Shown piece by piece: positions 33,499 to 43,938 of a stretch of DNA of 52,545 bases. Position 1 is the first letter of the stretch; the number at the start of each line of letters is the position of its first letter. The stretch covers positions 1 to 52,545 of the IMG/VR virus record IMGVR_UViG_3300005825_000043; one strand, given 5' to 3'. Under the pieces are notes generated by a model that saw nothing but the letters and a program-made list of their open reading frames with translations, had not been told where the DNA came from and did not search any database. The stretch is from a virus (taxonomy: Duplodnaviria; Caudoviricetes). The translations under genes were made by a program, and so were the position numbers.

Positions 33499-36143
33499 AT
33501 AGACGCTATTCAGTGACGGCCATCCGCCATCCCTTCGGGTATGACGGGAAATGGTCTGCTGTGATGTGCGAGGGGAAGACTGTCAAAGAAATAGTCGATG
33601 CGGTCCCTGTTGACGTCATCCCGGAAGCTATACGGTCTCTGGCGCTGGTCCACGTGAACAGCTGCCCGGTCCCCTACAGCATGTGGAAACATGTAAAAGT
33701 AAAAGCAAATGGCAATACTCCGGTTGCTGTCACCATAGGATTACCCCTATTAGGTGGCGGCGGTGGCGGTAAAAATATTATAGCAGCAGTAGCTTCTATC
33801 GCCATCCTTGCCATAGCGTCCTTCGCTGCCCCCTTCGTGGCCGGTCTGTTCTTCCAAGCTGGTACTGCCGGGTTCCGATTAGTATCTGGTGCCGTATTGC
33901 TGGCTGGTACTTCTGCCGCCGCCTTAGCAGCGTCTGCTCTTTCGCCTCCACCTGCTATTCAAGCTAGGGGCTTAGACAAGAATGAGGGGGATGCAGAACT
34001 AGGATCAGCTTTTGCTAATGGCAACATTCTACAACCAGATGGGCCGATCCCTATCGTTCTTGGTCGTCGTTTCGTATACCCTCCTTTTGCTTGTCAGCCC
34101 TTGGTTGAAATAGTTGGAAATGATGAAATAATTGAGGCGTTGTATGTATTAAATGGACCTCACAGCCTAGAAAACATTAAAATTGGCGGCGTCGATATCG
34201 CTGATTTTAATGGTATAACTTATGAAACTAGAGAGGGCTTTGACAACGACGACGTTGTGTTTATAATTCGTCGTTATGCCGACACTCAAAATCCGAATGC
34301 GGAATTGATAAAGCATATTGTTGATCCTGAACTCCCTAATACTGTAGACGATATCAACGATGACAGCAGTCTTCCGCAGTGGCAACGTTTCGTGTCGACA
34401 TCGAACCCTGATGAAATATGGCTAGCTCTATCGTGGGGGCAAGGGTTAGTTGATGGTGAGAACCCGGACACCGATGTAGCGGTTCCTATTCGTCTTCGTA
34501 TGCGAAGGAAGGGTACCACAACGTGGACTAACCTCCCTGAAATACACTTTACTGGCCAGTCCATTCGGACATACCGGAAACAACTGAAGCTTATATGGCA
34601 GGAGGCTTCTACTACTCCTCCTACTCCTCCCACCCGTAATGGGCCGTACTTTGCTTTCAGGGAGGCCACCGGTCAAACATCGCCGACCACTGACACGTGG
34701 ACTGCAGACGCTCGTTTCGGTTCTAGTGGTTTGGAAGTTACTCAGAACTGTTCTTTATTTTCGGACAGGGTAGAAATTTATTTGGATGAAGCAACTTTTC
34801 CCCGTGGCGGTCAGTATGAGATCGAAATAAAAATGGGGGCCTTATATAATAAAGCTAGCTTTAATACTTCGAATTATCAATACAGTAGTGTAGTAACAGA
34901 CTTCTTCTGGTATAAAGGGTCTGGGACCCTTCCGAAAAGCCTAGACAACGTTTCGTATGACTTGACGATTACTCGTGTTTCGTCTGTATACGAACAAGAC
35001 ATGATAAAAAAGAAGGGCCTCGCTGCTATTGCTATCGTTGGCAAGAATGTTACTGTTGAAGATGTGTCTGTGGAAGCTGCAAGATATGTGGGGGATTGGA
35101 ACGGTGAAGACTGGTCAAATATGGTGGCCACGTCAAATCCTGCTCCCCACTTTAGAGATGTCATGGTGGGGAACCTCACTGTATCTAAAAAGCGAATGCC
35201 TACGTCTGAAATAGACGATGCTGGTTTGCTTGCGTGGAGAAACTACTGTATTGCCAACAATTTGGAAATTTCAGTAGTTATTGATGGCTCTTCTATAGGT
35301 GAAGTTCTCACTGCTATAGCCTCTACTGCTTATGCTAGGCCGACTAGATCAGACACTTATGGCGTCATTGTAGATAATGATAGGACATCTGAAGTACCGG
35401 TACAAGTCTTCTCTCCCCGCAATGCCAAGAATTTTGCTTGGCGTAAAACATTTAATGATGTCCCTGATGCCTATCGCGTCACGTTCGTAGACTCCGATGA
35501 TGATTGGACTACAAGACAGATACTTGTAAATCATCCGGATGTCCCGCCCGGTGAAACCAGCCTCATTGAGTCGATTACTTATGATACTATCACAGATCAA
35601 GCTCAAGTTGAAGCTCGTGCTATATTCGACCTTCGCCAACTCCGTTTGAGGAACACTGCGTATTCGTTTACCGCAGACATCGAAAATTTGGTGTGTCAGC
35701 GCGGAAGTCTAGTTGGCGTAACCACAGATGAATTGGTAGAACAAGCCGTATGGGGCAGAATAAAATCCATAACTAGGTCTTCGGGTGATATTGTTTCATT
35801 AGAGCTAGACACGAGTGCCACTCTAAGTTCCAGTGACAGTGTTTACGATGTTACTGATGTCTGGGCAGTCGAGGACATCTGGTCGCAGGGCATAATTTAT
35901 AGTGCTGTTGTTCGTACTTCTGTTGGAGATATTCTCTCAATGGGTGTTGTCACTAGTTCAGATACTACCTACACTCTGGACACTCCTTATGATGACAGTG
36001 CCCAAGTGGCGGTAGGTGATTTAGTTGTCATAGGAAAATCCGAATTGATATATAGACGAATGATAGTCACAGAAATTAAGCCTGGCAATGACCTAACAGC
36101 CACCTTAACCTTGGTCGATGAAGCACCGGAGTTACATTCATGA
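33495..36143 (+). CDS. Central tail tip/host-specificity protein (gpI+gpJ-like)
   Basis: GGGGGKN..A.VA.IA hydrophobic segment, PIPIVLG, TSNPA, FSPRN; GTG start overlapping previous stop. Confidence 0.85.
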   Translation: MNRRYSVTAIRHPFGYDGKWSAVMCEGKTVKEIVDAVPVDVIPEAIRSLALVHVNSCPVPYSMWKHVKVKANGNTPVAVTIGLPLLGGGGGGKNIIAAVASIAILAIASFAAPFVAGLFFQAGTAGFRLVSGAVLLAGTSAAALAASALSPPPAIQARGLDKNEGDAELGSAFANGNILQPDGPIPIVLGRRFVYPPFACQPLVEIVGNDEIIEALYVLNGPHSLENIKIGGVDIADFNGITYETREGFDNDDVVFIIRRYADTQNPNAELIKHIVDPELPNTVDDINDDSSLPQWQRFVSTSNPDEIWLALSWGQGLVDGENPDTDVAVPIRLRMRRKGTTTWTNLPEIHFTGQSIRTYRKQLKLIWQEASTTPPTPPTRNGPYFAFREATGQTSPTTDTWTADARFGSSGLEVTQNCSLFSDRVEIYLDEATFPRGGQYEIEIKMGALYNKASFNTSNYQYSSVVTDFFWYKGSGTLPKSLDNVSYDLTITRVSSVYEQDMIKKKGLAAIAIVGKNVTVEDVSVEAARYVGDWNGEDWSNMVATSNPAPHFRDVMVGNLTVSKKRMPTSEIDDAGLLAWRNYCIANNLEISVVIDGSSIGEVLTAIASTAYARPTRSDTYGVIVDNDRTSEVPVQVFSPRNAKNFAWRKTFNDVPDAYRVTFVDSDDDWTTRQILVNHPDVPPGETSLIESITYDTITDQAQVEARAIFDLRQLRLRNTAYSFTADIENLVCQRGSLVGVTTDELVEQAVWGRIKSITRSSGDIVSLELDTSATLSSSDSVYDVTDVWAVEDIWSQGIIYSAVVRTSVGDILSMGVVTSSDTTYTLDTPYDDSAQVAVGDLVVIGKSELIYRRMIVTEIKPGNDLTATLTLVDEAPELHS

Positions 36144-37216
36144 CGCAGCGCCGCAGATTTCCTACTAAAACTACAGATCCGACGCCCGCTGACGGCGAGG
36201 CAGTATTCGACAAGGTTCAAGAATATGCTGCTTGGGCACTGAACAATACTCCAGCTATTCTGACGCTGGATACTGGCACGGGTGGTTCCACTGCCAATGC
36301 TCTCGTCGCCACTTCTGAAACAGCAATTGCTTCGTATCAGGCCGGACAACGACACATATTGTACCCGATCGAGGCAAATGACTCTGCAGTTACCATAGAG
36401 ATTGACGGCCTTTCATCTCGTGCCATCGTCAATCCAGATGGGACAGCACTTGTAGGTGGTGAATTTGCCACTGATTATTTGGTGGAACTGCTCGACGATG
36501 GCACGCAGCTTCGTATCGTGTCTATTCTAACTGCGGGTTCTGGGCTTGGCTCTATTGATGTCCAAGAATTTACTTCCAGTGGTACTTGGTCTAAACCAGC
36601 TGGTACTTATAAATGGGCTGAAGTGCTCATGATAGGTGGCGGTGGAGAAGGCGCTACAAGTGCTACAGCTGACACTGAGGTTAGAGGGGGCAGTGGGGGT
36701 TCGGCTGCCGTAGTTCGGATACCGTTCACGAGTTTGGGTAATTCTGAAAGTGTAACTATCGGTGCTGGTGGCAACGATACTGCCACTGGTACGGGCGAAG
36801 ACGGCGGAGATAGTACATTCGGAGCGTGGCTCACTTGTCCAGGTGGCTTAGGTGGAACGACTGGTGCAGGTGAAGACTTTACTGCTCCACCTGATCCCCC
36901 TAGTTTCGCTTCTGGAGTGTATCCCATAAACGTTGAGTCGGGCGGTAAATCAGGTACTACTAATACTTCTGCCCAGGCTTTCTCGACAAACGTTCCGGGC
37001 GATACCACTATTGCTGGTCCAGGTGGTGCTTCGTCCACTACCAATGGCACTGCAAGTAATTTCGCGTCCAATTTATCCGCTAATGCAGGTGTTAGTGGTT
37101 GGGGCGCTAACAGTATAACCAATCGGGGCGGCGGTGGTAATAGAGCACTTAATTCTGGTGCATCTACTGCCGCGAGATTTGGACAAGATGGCTACTGTCA
37201 AGTAGTTTGTTATTAA
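36140..37216 (+). CDS. Glycine-rich tail fibre protein
   Basis: FTSSGTWSKP...IGGGG...VTIGAGG...GGDSTFG. Confidence 0.8.
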   Translation: MTQRRRFPTKTTDPTPADGEAVFDKVQEYAAWALNNTPAILTLDTGTGGSTANALVATSETAIASYQAGQRHILYPIEANDSAVTIEIDGLSSRAIVNPDGTALVGGEFATDYLVELLDDGTQLRIVSILTAGSGLGSIDVQEFTSSGTWSKPAGTYKWAEVLMIGGGGEGATSATADTEVRGGSGGSAAVVRIPFTSLGNSESVTIGAGGNDTATGTGEDGGDSTFGAWLTCPGGLGGTTGAGEDFTAPPDPPSFASGVYPINVESGGKSGTTNTSAQAFSTNVPGDTTIAGPGGASSTTNGTASNFASNLSANAGVSGWGANSITNRGGGGNRALNSGASTAARFGQDGYCQVVCY

Positions 37217-37279
37217 TTTACTCCTGTGTATAGTAATTTTTATTAGTGATAGGGAGTAATTAAACTGGGAGGCTAAATT

Positions 37280-37639
37280 ATGACTACGCCTAGTATTAAG
37301 AACAGAGTTGACCTGCCGCAGGATCATATGAGCATTGATTGGCGGATACCTTTGCCAATCTTCATGTTACTCCTCGGTCAAATGTTTTTGGCCGGGGTAT
37401 GGGCGACAAACTTACAGAACTCAATAACGTCCATTAATGACTGGCAGAAACGTCAAGATGACCGTCTCCAGGTTATTGAGATGAAATTTGATGCCGTAGT
37501 TGAACGGAACACTGGTCTGCAAAGTGACCTTCGACAATTTATATATCAGAACAATGCACTAGAAGGGAAAATTAGGGATAATATGAATGCCATAAAGAAG
37601 CTGCAAGACGCCACATTAGAAAAAGAGGGTAAACAATAA
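37280..37639 (+). CDS. Membrane-anchored coiled-coil protein
   Basis: GGAGG RBS; one TM segment plus coiled coil. Confidence 0.7.
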   Translation: MTTPSIKNRVDLPQDHMSIDWRIPLPIFMLLLGQMFLAGVWATNLQNSITSINDWQKRQDDRLQVIEMKFDAVVERNTGLQSDLRQFIYQNNALEGKIRDNMNAIKKLQDATLEKEGKQ

Positions 37640-37974
37640 TGTCCGTGAGGCAGATGTGTATTACAATACTTATCACGATTGTAATATATTTAATCGTGAT
37701 AAATACCCTCCTGGCTCAGGGCGTTCAACATGACCCGAATAGCTCCAGTCATTGGTATGAAATGCGGTGTTGTTCGTTGCACGATTGCCAGCCTGCTATA
37801 GCCTCGGAGGTAAAAGTCACTTCATTCGGGTATGAAGTTCGTGGCCACGTCGTTCCTTTTTCGGATAAGAGGATACGAAACACCCTTGATCCTTCTGACT
37901 CGCGTTATCATATTTGTCAAAGTCCAAACACTAAAGACATTATTTGTCTTTATATCCCACCATCCGGTTACTAG
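37639..37974 (+). CDS. Secreted Cys-rich protein
   Basis: Signal-like N-terminus; WY...CC...DC...YHIC...CLY.PP. Confidence 0.7.
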   Translation: MSVRQMCITILITIVIYLIVINTLLAQGVQHDPNSSSHWYEMRCCSLHDCQPAIASEVKVTSFGYEVRGHVVPFSDKRIRNTLDPSDSRYHICQSPNTKDIICLYIPPSGY

Positions 37975-37985
37975 GGTGATGACAA

Positions 37986-38195
37986 ATGAAATTAGTATAC
38001 AATTGGAAGCAAGTCTTAACTAAGGCGTGGAGCGTACGTTGGTGGGCAATGTCGATAATATTTACGTTTTTGGAGATGTTTTTACCATACTTTGAATACT
38101 ATTTACCGATACCCCAATATGCCTTCGGTCTTCTATCAGCTACTTGTGGAGTAGTCGGTTTAGTGTCCCGACATCTGGCACAGAAGGATATGTAA
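37986..38195 (+). CDS. Probable holin
   Basis: Two TM segments, directly upstream of endolysin. Confidence 0.6.
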   Translation: MKLVYNWKQVLTKAWSVRWWAMSIIFTFLEMFLPYFEYYLPIPQYAFGLLSATCGVVGLVSRHLAQKDM

Positions 38196-38197
38196 CA

Positions 38198-38725
38198 ATG
38201 CCAATCAAAGTAGGAAAACCCAGTAAAAGGGCGACAGCAGCCCTTGCATCTGGCATGGGCCTGATAGCCATGACTGCTACATACCTCGTTATCCCTTGGG
38301 AGGGAACGGAGAACAAAGCATATTGGGACGCTATCGGTAAGGTGTGGACCATATGTTCTGGTGAAACAAAGGGCGTCAAGCCCGGTATGACGATGACAGA
38401 CGAAGAATGTAATAGAAATACTTACACAAGACTGGAAAACGATTTTCATAGGCCACTTACTAAGTGCATCGTGGGTTTTGACAAAAATCCCATGTCGTGG
38501 CAGGCGGCTATTTTAGATCTGTCATGGAATGTGGGGGTTGGTGCCGTATGCCGATCTACTGCAGCCAAGCGCGCCCGCGTCAATGATTTTATTGGGAGTT
38601 GTTACGCCATGACTTGGTACAACAGGTCGAACGGACAAGAAATAAGGGGCTTGAAGCTCCGGCGAGAAATCGGCGACAGCAGCAGGATTGGCGAGCTTGA
38701 AATTTGTCTGGCGGGGCTGAAATGA
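38198..38725 (+). CDS. Endolysin, T4-lysozyme/GH24 type with SAR-like N-terminus
   Basis: WEG....AYWDAIG.VWTIC.G.T catalytic E-D-T pattern; GL..RR. Confidence 0.9.
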   Translation: MPIKVGKPSKRATAALASGMGLIAMTATYLVIPWEGTENKAYWDAIGKVWTICSGETKGVKPGMTMTDEECNRNTYTRLENDFHRPLTKCIVGFDKNPMSWQAAILDLSWNVGVGAVCRSTAAKRARVNDFIGSCYAMTWYNRSNGQEIRGLKLRREIGDSSRIGELEICLAGLK

Positions 38726-39234
38726 ATTATATAATCGAGTACTTCCAAGCGGGATGGTGGGTATTCGTAGCTTACGCTGGCTTGTTGTTGGCCGGTGGCA
38801 CTTGGCTGGCTATTCGACTAAGACGAATACCAGGCTGGCTTGGCGAAGTCATTATAATGGTGTGTATCGGCGCATCCTTGTATTCATTCGGGTGGACCGA
38901 AGGAAGAAACAATTACAAAGAAACCCGAGAAATCGAAAGATTGCGCGAGGTTGTAGCCATTCAAGCTAAACAGCGTGAAGAAGCAGAATTAATTGCGCGA
39001 CGTGAGCTTCAGCGTGCCTTGGAAAGAGCAGCCGAAAACGAAATATTACAGCAGAAGGTGGAAGAATATGAAACCCTCATCGCCAACGGTACTGCTTCTT
39101 CCTGTCCTGCTGATGATGCTTATACTCGTAGCATGCTCAACATCAAGGTCAATGGTAAACCTCCCGCCTCCACCCCCGCCGCCATCAGCAGACCTTCTGA
39201 CCCCATGCCCAAATCCACGCCTGACGGGGGATAA
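38722..39234 (+). CDS. Inner-membrane spanin (Rz-like)
   Basis: N-terminal TM segments, coiled coil, overlaps lipoprotein ORF. Confidence 0.75.
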   Translation: MNYIIEYFQAGWWVFVAYAGLLLAGGTWLAIRLRRIPGWLGEVIIMVCIGASLYSFGWTEGRNNYKETREIERLREVVAIQAKQREEAELIARRELQRALERAAENEILQQKVEEYETLIANGTASSCPADDAYTRSMLNIKVNGKPPASTPAAISRPSDPMPKSTPDGG

Positions 39235-39379
39235 GGGTAAAGATGCTATTAGACATCGCTCCGCCCTCGCCATTTGCGCGACGAAAAATAAGGGATGGGC
39301 GGAACGGGATGCCGATTTGATGCGGTCTGTAGAAGAATTAAGGGAGGCTGTCAGTCAGTCCTCTTATAATAGCCCATAA
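39068..39379 (+). CDS. Outer-membrane spanin lipoprotein (Rz1-like)
   Basis: Lipobox LVAC followed by poly-Pro; overlaps i-spanin in another frame. Confidence 0.8.
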   Translation: MKPSSPTVLLLPVLLMMLILVACSTSRSMVNLPPPPPPPSADLLTPCPNPRLTGDKGKDAIRHRSALAICATKNKGWAERDADLMRSVEELREAVSQSSYNSP

Positions 39380-40847
39380 TCTTTGCGGCTATTTCTTCTT
39401 TGTATTGTAGAGCGTCGATGATGCGGCGCTCTACTGGACTTGACCAGTAATCTACGATATTAATGGCGGCCATTTGTCCTTCGCCCTGATTTCTTTCTTC
39501 GGATTGGGCGCGGTCGTCTAGCGAATAACTATTCTCGAAATATATAGTGGTTAGGCACGGGTCTTTCTTGGTGCCCATAAGTGTATGACCAAATTTAATT
39601 GCTTTAGATTGACCTATCATCACCGAGCATGCCGGGTCTTCATTGAAACGAAGCTTCTCTTCGTCTGCTGTCCTCCCTTCTTTCTTCATGTGCTTCTCGC
39701 CCCGTATCACGGCGGGATTAAACTTTTTTAGCGCCCTCGTGAGGTAATCGATGGTAGGCGCGTAATGGGCTATGATTATAGTCTTACCAGTGATATAATT
39801 ATCTAGTCGATCTTTCAGGTCGATAAATTTCGGTGTCTTCTCGAATGGGCAGATGTCATTGACGTCTCTGTATTCATCATAGATGAACCCCGAAGAAATC
39901 TGCTGGAGCTTCATATGCTTCGTGATTACTTGATCTACCGTCACGACAGCACCACTGTCCAACCACGTCATAAATTCTTCTTCCATCTCTTTATAGGCTT
40001 TTATTTGTTTTTGCGTCATTTCCAGTTCTATTTGTTCATAATCGGACTCAATAGACGTGCCCCAGTCTGCTCGACGTGCAAAGAAAGTTGAATTGAAAAT
40101 TAGTTTATGTAATCTTTCTTCATTTTTAATTCCTGTGATTTGTCTTCCTTTAAAACCACCCATGATAGCATAAGTATTACGGAACTGGTAGAAGTCCACG
40201 CCGTCTAACTTACGAGCAAATCTTAACTGTGAATACAAGTCAGCCACGCCCTGTGGCGTAGGTTTACCGGTCATAGGGCGCGTCACTGCAGCTTGTTTGC
40301 TTAGTTCAAAACCATTGATAAAAAACAATGACTCCTTATTTTTTATTAATACTGACTCGTCTGCCCCCATATAAGTCCGATCGTCGATCCACTGTGAAAA
40401 TAGCTCGACGTTATCTTTTTGAATTAGTGCCTCATAATTAACAAAAACCATGCCTTCATTAGTAGAATTCATAAAAATAGCAAAGTCTCTCTTTCGAGTA
40501 CTTTCGAATACGAATATAGGGACGTCTATCCCGAAGCGTGCGGCCTCTAAACCCCAAGTGTTCTTATATTTATTTGGCGATAGTACGAACGCCTTATTCA
40601 GGCCAAAGTCCCGTTTGAAAAGCATAAATTCATTAAGTAGTGTTGGCGTTTTGCCGACCCGCATTTCCATCATATGTCCCCAGCCAGCAGCTGGCTGGCC
40701 TGCGTGGGGTAGCCGTCGTGGCACGGGGAGGGCATCCCGTGCGTCTCTGTAGGCATACCCGGTATAGGAGCGCGCCAGCGCCTCTAGCTGCGCCGGACGC
40801 GGCTCTCCTATTAGCAGCCAATCCACCCCCTCGTATTCAGTCTTCAT
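39351..40847 (-). CDS. SNF2-family helicase
   Basis: MEMRVGKT, ADES, MTGKP, LQQISSGF, QSEERN motifs. Confidence 0.9.
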   Translation of the reverse strand: MKTEYEGVDWLLIGEPRPAQLEALARSYTGYAYRDARDALPVPRRLPHAGQPAAGWGHMMEMRVGKTPTLLNEFMLFKRDFGLNKAFVLSPNKYKNTWGLEAARFGIDVPIFVFESTRKRDFAIFMNSTNEGMVFVNYEALIQKDNVELFSQWIDDRTYMGADESVLIKNKESLFFINGFELSKQAAVTRPMTGKPTPQGVADLYSQLRFARKLDGVDFYQFRNTYAIMGGFKGRQITGIKNEERLHKLIFNSTFFARRADWGTSIESDYEQIELEMTQKQIKAYKEMEEEFMTWLDSGAVVTVDQVITKHMKLQQISSGFIYDEYRDVNDICPFEKTPKFIDLKDRLDNYITGKTIIIAHYAPTIDYLTRALKKFNPAVIRGEKHMKKEGRTADEEKLRFNEDPACSVMIGQSKAIKFGHTLMGTKKDPCLTTIYFENSYSLDDRAQSEERNQGEGQMAAINIVDYWSSPVERRIIDALQYKEEIAAKIMGYYKRTD

Positions 40848-41406
40848 TAGTATACTCCATGCCTGGATGAATGACCGGGTGCATTGAGTCGGTAAATTGT
40901 ACAAGCACTTCTGCAGCGCCCATTTTTGGTATGCTGTTATACCAATTTACTTTTTCCCACGCTCTACCAAAATTGGATATGATGTCCATTTTGATGGTTA
41001 CCAGTGACTTGTTGCCCATCCATTCTTCTTCGATTATAAACAGCAAAGCTTCTAACAGGTCCGCTGCCTTGATGAGGTTCAGTATCTCAAGGTCCTTACA
41101 TCCGCTGCCCAGTTTGTATTTTTCTTTCGAGCTTATCAAAGCAGCTTTGATATCAGTACTTTTTGCTACTGATGGGACGTCGCCCGTGATCGCCTCTTCG
41201 TCGTCATGTTCCATGGCGGTTAGCAACAGATCCCCCGTAGCCACTTTCCCGGCCTGTATGGCACCAGTGGCACGGGCCAGAGTGAGGGATATCCAGCCCA
41301 CGTGGAAACAGTGCTCCGCGACGTTTTGCTTACGTATAGTTGGAATAATGGTCCACCTTGGGACACAGGACAACCGCCGAAGTCTTCTCATTCTTTGGGG
41401 GTCCAT
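40837..41406 (-). CDS. datZ: HD-domain phosphohydrolase, DatZ-like dATPase
   Basis: RW...RKQNVAEH, HDDEEAITGD.PS, KAADLLEA; clustered with purZ. Confidence 0.8.
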   Translation of the reverse strand: MDPQRMRRLRRLSCVPRWTIIPTIRKQNVAEHCFHVGWISLTLARATGAIQAGKVATGDLLLTAMEHDDEEAITGDVPSVAKSTDIKAALISSKEKYKLGSGCKDLEILNLIKAADLLEALLFIIEEEWMGNKSLVTIKMDIISNFGRAWEKVNWYNSIPKMGAAEVLVQFTDSMHPVIHPGMEYTNED

Positions 41407-41407
41407 A

Positions 41408-41695
41408 TTATTTGCCCCCATTTTCTGAAGCATCCCTGATGGCTACATTCGCAATCATCATTGCAAAATTGCTGATATCCGATAGCTCTAGTAATATTTC
41501 TACAGCATTGCCATCGGATATGGCTTTGTCAAGTTCATCTATTTCTTCTTGCAGTAGTTTTCGTAGCTGACTTAAATTTAAATTCTCCCATTTGCCTTTA
41601 TGGGCATTCTTATTTAATTTGTATATCATAGCATCCACGAATGTCTTAATTTCGTTCTCAAGATGTATGATGTCCTCTGGAATGTAGATTTTCAT
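41408..41695 (-). CDS. mazZ: MazG-like nucleotide pyrophosphatase, MazZ-like (d)GTPase
   Basis: EEIDEL...ELSDISNFAMM (EExxE...ExxD) MazG motif; between datZ and purZ. Confidence 0.7.
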   Translation of the reverse strand: MKIYIPEDIIHLENEIKTFVDAMIYKLNKNAHKGKWENLNLSQLRKLLQEEIDELDKAISDGNAVEILLELSDISNFAMMIANVAIRDASENGGK

Positions 41696-41696
41696 A

Positions 41697-41906
41697 CTAC
41701 AGTCTCCCGGTTAGTATTTCTTCCTTTAGCCACCGTAAAAACATCGAATACATCATGATTTTCGTTGTGGGATTAGAAATCTGTCGCACGTCACGTTCGA
41801 ACATTCGAATAACTTCATGCGACATTAGGTGGCGCTCACTAAGGACCAACTCGTCCGCGATAGTCTTGTATTCGTTGAAACTACGAATGGCGGTGTCGTT
41901 ATCCAT
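41697..41906 (-). CDS. Hypothetical protein within the Z cluster
   Basis: Coupled to purZ stop. Confidence 0.6.
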   Translation of the reverse strand: MDNDTAIRSFNEYKTIADELVLSERHLMSHEVIRMFERDVRQISNPTTKIMMYSMFLRWLKEEILTGRL

Positions 41907-43003
41907 TATAGCACATGGTCCATTTGATGTATCACCGCGAGATCTTGCGACTTAGGACCATATCCAAGTATGATCGCCTCTGGGTTTTTATCCATTACGA
42001 GGCGGTACTGATCGAGCATATTACGAATAAACACGCCACGCTCCCTTTCCTTCACGTAGTTCATGAAGTTGAGGAAGATAACATCAGGAGAATTGGCGCG
42101 TACTGCCTGCCGAAATTGCTCGTCTGACCAAGTGAACACCCGACGAACTCGTTTTGTCACGGTAGTGTATTCGGGTTCTATGCCCAATTCTTCCCACGTG
42201 ATTTCTTTCTGGTCCAAGTAACATGGCCCAGAATAACCGGTTTCGGTATTGCCTACACGGATCGGATAGGACCGTACAGACAAAATGGATTTTTGGAATG
42301 CCCTGGGAGACATCGAAGCATCAGACAGTGCCTGCGATACTGTGCATTCCCGAGAAGTGCAATAGGGGTAAAACCCTGAGTTGATGCCAAGACTGAAACC
42401 CTGCGAGACTTCGAAAAAACACACTCTATTATACAATAGCGAATGTGCCAAAGAAGCGCCAGAAGTGGCACAATCAGCGTTTATTGATACACTAGTGCCT
42501 ATCACTGCGTCAGCACGACGCTGCAGTTTATTGATCATAGCGGGACCCACGCCCTGACCCGTAGAGGCGACAGCACCGACATTAACCTTATCGGCATTTT
42601 TGTCACCCGAACTGATACGTGCTGCGAACGGGTGTATCAGTACGTTTCGAACGTTACCAAAATGTTCTTCTATTTCTAATTCCAAAATGTCTCGATCGAT
42701 GATGGCCCCGGCATTTAGGAATACCACCGAGTTTGCTTTCATGTTGCCCAGTTTTTTGGATGCTACCGCGAATGTGGGCAGTTGCTTGAGTACAATTTTT
42801 TCGTCGTTGACGTAGCTCGTGTGACCCGAATTTGGACCGGCATTAGACACGATTGCATCGACCCGATCCCCGAAACATTCGGCCATCGCAGCAGCGATTA
42901 CACCTTTTCCGGTGGACCCGTATTGCCCATCGACTAGGACATAGGCACCGGGCTTTGTAAACCAGTCCTTGAGTCCAATTTCTACAGCCTTGTTCATGAT
43001 CAT
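41906..43003 (-). CDS. purZ: PurZ, 2-amino-deoxyadenylosuccinate synthetase
   Basis: PurA fold with DGQYGSTGKG (Ser in place of the PurA catalytic Asp of GDEGKG), NSGH, YPYCTSR, TTVTKRVRRV and LNFMNY (NFxN rather than PurA TKLD). Confidence 0.92.
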   Translation of the reverse strand: MIMNKAVEIGLKDWFTKPGAYVLVDGQYGSTGKGVIAAAMAECFGDRVDAIVSNAGPNSGHTSYVNDEKIVLKQLPTFAVASKKLGNMKANSVVFLNAGAIIDRDILELEIEEHFGNVRNVLIHPFAARISSGDKNADKVNVGAVASTGQGVGPAMINKLQRRADAVIGTSVSINADCATSGASLAHSLLYNRVCFFEVSQGFSLGINSGFYPYCTSRECTVSQALSDASMSPRAFQKSILSVRSYPIRVGNTETGYSGPCYLDQKEITWEELGIEPEYTTVTKRVRRVFTWSDEQFRQAVRANSPDVIFLNFMNYVKERERGVFIRNMLDQYRLVMDKNPEAIILGYGPKSQDLAVIHQMDHVL

Positions 43004-43293
43004 TCTCCTTTGTTTGTTTTGCCGATGCGCTGACGAGTAATTTCTGCATACCCGCTTATGTCTTGCCAGTGATCTTCCAAATCAGGGTCCCCGGCGATGA
43101 TCCTGCCGATTTTGTGGAGGATCATGTCAAGGGCTTCTCTTTGTGTGAGAGCCAATGCGGGTTGTCCTCTACTCCCCCTCCTGCTCAACTCATCATTGAC
43201 TACTGTTTTCAGTCGCTGAGAGCAACGAGCTAAGTCAGTAAAGTCTCCATGAGTGCTACCTCGTTCTTTCAGCACTTCTTCTAGTTCGGTCAT
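43000..43293 (-). CDS. Helical phage protein (DUF6378-like)
   Basis: L.ERG..HG.F...KIGRI..GDP...DHW.DISGYA. Confidence 0.7.
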   Translation of the reverse strand: MTELEEVLKERGSTHGDFTDLARCSQRLKTVVNDELSRRGSRGQPALALTQREALDMILHKIGRIIAGDPDLEDHWQDISGYAEITRQRIGKTNKGE

Positions 43294-43730
43294 CTTTTGT
43301 AAACCCCTTTCAGGGCATAGGCACAGTCCTTCACGTTAAACCCATTTACAGGGTTCCATGGAGATACCCACCATTTGTCCATGTCATTGGACGATAGTCG
43401 CTCCTGATACCAAGGAGCCATAGCTAAGTAGCGCGTCTTGAACTTCCGATATTCCATAATGACGCCTAGTATACAGAACCCACCGGCCTCATGATACATC
43501 TTCAATTCGTGGCGCTGCTTTTCCGTTATGTCCAGTTTTCTATCAAATCTTTCTGTAAGGTCTTTTTCGTATTTGACCTCCATTAGAAATATGCCTATAT
43601 TAGGGAACGATAGCACCAGATCAGGCACGCCGACAGTGTAAGCGGATGACCATTTTTTGCCATAACCGCCTTGCTTTTTGGCTGATTGGATGATTTTAAG
43701 CTGATGATCAGTTTCCTTGACCATCTTCAA
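43290..43730 (-). CDS. VRR-NUC/PD-(D/E)xK nuclease (resolvase-like)
   Basis: E...Q...GVPDL...MEVK...TEKQ. Confidence 0.8.
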   Translation of the reverse strand: MKMVKETDHQLKIIQSAKKQGGYGKKWSSAYTVGVPDLVLSFPNIGIFLMEVKYEKDLTERFDRKLDITEKQRHELKMYHEAGGFCILGVIMEYRKFKTRYLAMAPWYQERLSSNDMDKWWVSPWNPVNGFNVKDCAYALKGVYKR

Positions 43731-43938
43731 AGTCCTCCGGTGTTCTCTCGGTGAATTCGCGCATACCTTTTTTCCCCACGATCCACGCCGACGCTGTTAT
43801 TTGTACTTCCAGTGTATCGTGGTAACGGATGATATCTACTTGTGACTTTGGCATCCAGTCAGGAAGATGCCAAAAGTGATCCTGGAATAAAATAGCTCTG
43901 TTGGTGTCAGCCAGAACATAGCCTATGAATTCGCTCAT
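43708..43938 (-). CDS. Small phage protein, same family as 1..136
   Basis: TNRAILF...WMPKSQV...AW...KG. Confidence 0.7.
   Translation of the reverse strand: MSEFIGYVLADTNRAILFQDHFWHLPDWMPKSQVDIIRYHDTLEVQITASAWIVGKKGMREFTERTPEDFEDGQGN

Noticed and set aside
33646-33661. Additional parS-like CACGTG hits (also 41294-41309)
   Set aside because: Four or more mismatches to consensus and inside coding sequence
41906-43003. Ordinary purA auxiliary metabolic gene
   Set aside because: Lacks the PurA catalytic Asp (GSTGKG) and the TKLD GTP motif; datZ- and mazZ-like neighbours point to purZ
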